Below are positions 54,031-56,899 of a stretch of DNA of 56,899 nucleotides, one piece after another. The notes beneath the pieces are model-generated. The model worked only from the letters and a program-made list of their open reading frames with translations. It did no database searches and was not told the origin of the DNA. The stretch comes from a virus (Duplodnaviria; Caudoviricetes), in IMG/VR virus record IMGVR_UViG_3300046817_000760, positions 1 to 56,899 of that record, one strand, 5' to 3'. Both the position numbers and the translations under genes were made by a program. Position 1 is the first letter of the stretch; the number at the start of each line of letters is the position of its first letter.

Positions 54031-54505
54031 GCACGAGGGTAACGTGTTCGCCGGACCCAAGCAACTCCACTCTACTAGTTCTCAAGTGTAAAGCCTTGGC
54101 AACACTCGTCCTTTTCCATCCCTTAGCGAGGAGATGCCCGTCAAAACGAGTCTCGAATGCAAACAATCGGGCTTCGCCTGCTCCCTCTTCCTCGGCTAGG
54201 GCAGTTGCTGCATTTAGGAGGGAAGTGAACACTCCCTCTCTCCTACTCCAGCTCTTCGAGTACCCCATCCATAGGACAAGAGCCGAGGGCATCGCCTCCA
54301 CGCAAACCCATCCTCTAATGACGGTCGGAGTCTCGGGGTCGTGAGCCACGAGCACGATCGGATCTGCCCCCAGAATGGAAGAGCATTCGCTGTTAGCGAG
54401 TGCGTAGTAGGCCGCGTTTCCTAGATCGGAGTACGGACGCAGGCTCTTCTTCCAGGAGCTGTGTATGAAAGAGAGGTCAGAGGCACGGGCAGGGCGGAGG
54501 AGCAT
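54014..54505 (-). CDS. GNAT-like protein
   Basis: LRPARASDLSFI..SW, VLVA, YSKSWSRREGV...LL. Confidence 0.6.
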   Translation of the reverse strand: MLLRPARASDLSFIHSSWKKSLRPYSDLGNAAYYALANSECSSILGADPIVLVAHDPETPTVIRGWVCVEAMPSALVLWMGYSKSWSRREGVFTSLLNAATALAEEEGAGEARLFAFETRFDGHLLAKGWKRTSVAKALHLRTSRVELLGSGEHVTLVHELQP

Positions 54506-54695
54506 ATCTCCAGAAAAGCCCACTCACCCTTCTCATTGCCCGAGTTATAAGGAGTTTAGGAGGTTATACAATGCCCTTTGGTCCCCCCGGAGCCAGGGGT
54601 CGAAAACCCTATCCATCCTCTATCTGTGCACTAAAGAGGCTATGTCCTCCTCCAAAGCGCCAGCCTCGATTCTGGGAGTCAAGTCCGACCAGTCG

Positions 54696-54893
54696 TTAGC
54701 TTAGACTCTGCCCCGTCACCCACGCAAGCCGACGTCGGAGCATCTCATTTTCCAACCTCAGCTGCTCCTTCTCCATGGTCAGGAGCTCCTTCTCCTCCTG
54801 ATGCTCCTTAATAAGGAGAGCAACCTGCCTTGCTGCCCAAATGGGGGAGATGAAGCATTGCCACGGGGTCAAGGTTCGGAGCTCAAAGTCCAC
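54696..54893 (-). CDS. Small coiled-coil protein
   Basis: GGAGGAG then GTG 54893; EKEQLRLENEMLRRRL. Confidence 0.45.
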   Translation of the reverse strand: MDFELRTLTPWQCFISPIWAARQVALLIKEHQEEKELLTMEKEQLRLENEMLRRRLAWVTGQSLS

Positions 54894-55209
54894 CGAACTC
54901 CTCCGTGATGGAGGGGCGATATCTCGCCAGAACCTGCATCGCCCATCGACGTGGCCGATAGCTCCCGTCCACTCCTGTCGTTCGACCCCGCACTCCTTGT
55001 TCCGTGGGAGGTGCTTTGGCCAGGAGGTGGGCAAGTACGCAAGCTGCATGTCGCTCGCCGTACATGCGAACTGCATTTTGGAAGAAAGATTGGAGAGCTG
55101 ACTCCACGTCTCGATCAAAGGCCGCCCGGACTCGATAGGACACTCGTTCCTCCCCCAACGCGATCGTGAGGAGGGTGTGTGTGCTTCGGGGGCGGTCCGA
55201 TTTGATCAA
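54883..55209 (-). CDS. Hypothetical protein
   Basis: GGAGG then TTG start overlapping the upstream stop. Confidence 0.5.
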   Translation of the reverse strand: MIKSDRPRSTHTLLTIALGEERVSYRVRAAFDRDVESALQSFFQNAVRMYGERHAACVLAHLLAKAPPTEQGVRGRTTGVDGSYRPRRWAMQVLARYRPSITEEFGGL

Positions 55210-55466
55210 AACCTGTCCTCCATGATCGGGGTCTCCTCCCAACGAGGGTCCGTGTCGTTAAAGGGAGAGGCAGGCACATCCTCATACAGATGATCGGTCG
55301 TGTACCCCAAGGCCCTGAGTGTCTCGAACACACCCCGTGACCGAGCCTTGGCCAGACTCCCTACGATCGTACGAACGGGGTCTTCCCCGTCTGCAATCCT
55401 CGAAGCAAGCTTGGCCGCGAGCTCCCAATCGTGTTCACGGGCTTTGGACTTGAGAAAACGGGGCAT
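55206..55466 (-). CDS. Hypothetical protein
   Basis: GGAGG SD before ATG 55466. Confidence 0.55.
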   Translation of the reverse strand: MPRFLKSKAREHDWELAAKLASRIADGEDPVRTIVGSLAKARSRGVFETLRALGYTTDHLYEDVPASPFNDTDPRWEETPIMEDRF

Positions 55467-55581
55467 GAGGACCTCCAAAATGAACTTGTTTCTTATGACG
55501 ATGGCCTCTTTCCCATGTAACGAAGCCCCCCGGCGAGGTCAACTTTGTACGGTATTTACGTTACAAATCGGTGTTTTGGTT

Positions 55582-55610
55582 TTGATTTTTAACAGGCCCC
55601 TCCATAAGAT
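55582..55610 (+). promoter_or_regulatory. Sigma70-like promoter for the serine recombinase (leaderless)
   Basis: TTGATT-N17-TAAGAT-N7-ATG(55618). Confidence 0.65.
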
Positions 55611-55617
55611 GGAACCC

Positions 55618-56241
55618 ATGAGTTCAGTCTTTGGCTACGCACGAGTCAGCACGAGTGACCAAACGGTCGCGCCCCAGGTGGATGCCCTTGTCCGAGCTGG
55701 AGTTTCACCTGAAAACATCTATCGTGATGAGGGGGTTTCCGGCCTTGTTTTGGGCAAGGAACGAGTGGCTTTCGCCAAGTTGCTTCTGTCCCTGAAGCCG
55801 GGAGACACGCTTGTGGTTGTTCGGTTGGATCGACTTGGCAGGAGCGTGGTCGACGTCCTTCAACAAGTTGAAGCGTTGACCGGACGGGGGATCACAGTCC
55901 GATCCTTGGGGGAGGGAGTGGACAGTTCCACACCTGCCGGGAGAATGGTCCTCACCGTGATGGCGGGGTTGGCAGCTTATGAACGTGAGCTCATGATGGA
56001 GCGGCAACGAGCTGGGATTGAATCGGCCCGAAAACGGGGGACTCACATGGGGAGGCCGTGGAAGCTAAATGCAGCTCAGAAGGACCTCGTCCGAGATCTT
56101 CTGATCGCGGGAAAGATGATCTCGGACGTGGCTCAGGTGCTTGGTTGCTCGGAATCGACCGTTCGGCGGTGTGCCCAGAGACTTGTAGAGGAGAAGGAAG
56201 CTAGGGAATTGGCCGCCACCCAGGTTACAGCCTCACTGTAA
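55618..56241 (+). CDS. Small serine recombinase (resolvase/invertase, Hin/Pin-like)
   Basis: GYARVST..Q, GDTLVV.RLDRLGRS, ERE...ER..AG, GRP, C-terminal HTH. Confidence 0.93.
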   Translation: MSSVFGYARVSTSDQTVAPQVDALVRAGVSPENIYRDEGVSGLVLGKERVAFAKLLLSLKPGDTLVVVRLDRLGRSVVDVLQQVEALTGRGITVRSLGEGVDSSTPAGRMVLTVMAGLAAYERELMMERQRAGIESARKRGTHMGRPWKLNAAQKDLVRDLLIAGKMISDVAQVLGCSESTVRRCAQRLVEEKEARELAATQVTASL

Positions 56242-56265
56242 TCGGCTGCACGTCGCCCCCCTGGT

Positions 56266-56312
56266 CGGGCTCATGAGCAAGTTCCCTGAGGACTTCTTCA
56301 TGAGCCCGTTTT
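56266..56312 (+). terminator. Probable intrinsic terminator after the recombinase
   Basis: CGGGCTCATGA...TCATGAGCCCG stem followed by TTTT. Confidence 0.55.
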
Positions 56313-56541
56313 GCATTGGATTTGACCCCCGCGGGAGCCTCGCCGCTCATGAGCTGGCCCGTATATAAGGAAGCACACGTGTGCGTGGACGCACATTTGG
56401 TCTGGATGTCCGCAAGTTCAGGCTGTCCTGCCCTTTAGCTTGCGCACGTTTCCCTACATTGTGTGAACTTGTCCATTTTCGTTTCGGGATTAGTACAGGT
56501 ACACACCCCCCTCATACAAAACCCCTCATTTTCAAAAGGGA

Positions 56542-56569
56542 GACGCGCGCCTGCGCGCAGGCGCGCGTC
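56542..56569. repeat. Perfect 28-bp palindrome
   Basis: GACGCGCGCCTGCG|CGCAGGCGCGCGTC. Confidence 0.9.
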
Positions 56570-56772
56570 CGCTGGCGCGCGCGCATGACGCGCGCACGTG
56601 ACGCGCGCCTGCGCGCACGTGTTGTGATGCGCGCCCGCGCGCGTGCAGTGATGCGCGACATACCGCGCGCTGGGGAAGCGGGCGCGACATACCGCGCTCA
56701 GGCTCGCCAGCGGCACGCGAGCAGATGAGACGGGACCTTGTGCCAGGCGGAAGCCGTATGGCTGCGGCGAGC

Positions 56773-56899
56773 CTGCCGCGCGTGCGCAAGGCCTGGCTTG
56801 TGGTGCTCGTCTCGACGCCGGGCCGCGTCTCGACGCCGGGCCGCGTCTCGACGCCGGGCCGCGTCTCGACGCCGGGCCGCGTCTCGACGCCGGGCCGCG
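56773..56899. repeat. Terminal direct repeat of the contig (right copy)
   Basis: Identical to 1-127. Confidence 0.95.

Noticed and set aside
56542-56569. telRL site of a linear plasmid prophage
   Set aside because: No protelomerase or ParA/ParB genes recognised, and the palindrome is short and GC-rich.
1-56899. tRNA, rRNA genes or introns in polA/terL
   Set aside because: No cloverleaf or rRNA-like sequence noticed by eye and both reading frames are continuous; tRNAscan-SE/Infernal would be needed to exclude them formally.

Overview
The window appears to be a complete, circularly assembled temperate bacteriophage genome of about 56,772 bp: bases 1-127 repeat exactly at 56773-56899. Gene content points to a short-tailed (podovirus-like) virion. 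Layout: (i) 0.4-5.1 kb, small early genes, most preceded by a conserved CC(C)AAG(G)ATTTTT repeat; (ii) 5.2-5.4 kb, a likely iteron origin next to a Prim-Pol/helicase; (iii) 7.8-25.7 kb, replication, recombination and accessory genes (PD-(D/E)XK exonuclease, SF2 helicase, family A DNA polymerase, Orn-like exonuclease, RuvC-like resolvase, HNH, DUF5664-like protein, a short orphan ParD-like protein, and a secreted, membrane-anchored GH5 mannanase-like enzyme); (iv) excisionase-like gene and tyrosine integrase; (v) 27.3-55.5 kb, a minus-strand virion module interrupted by three counter-oriented inserts; (vi) a Hin/Pin-type serine recombinase and a repeat-rich non-coding end region. The strongest signal read directly from the DNA is a candidate phage-specific late promoter, GGGCAAYCA-N15-CANNNT-N5-7-ATG, in front of mostly leaderless virion genes and also in front of the GH5 gene, in a genome with no recognisable endolysin. 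The second is the repeat-bounded early gene array lying downstream of the serine recombinase on the circle. The host is unknown; a DAGPPP linker in the GH5 weakly suggests Myxococcota. All product calls come from motif recognition by eye, not from database searches.
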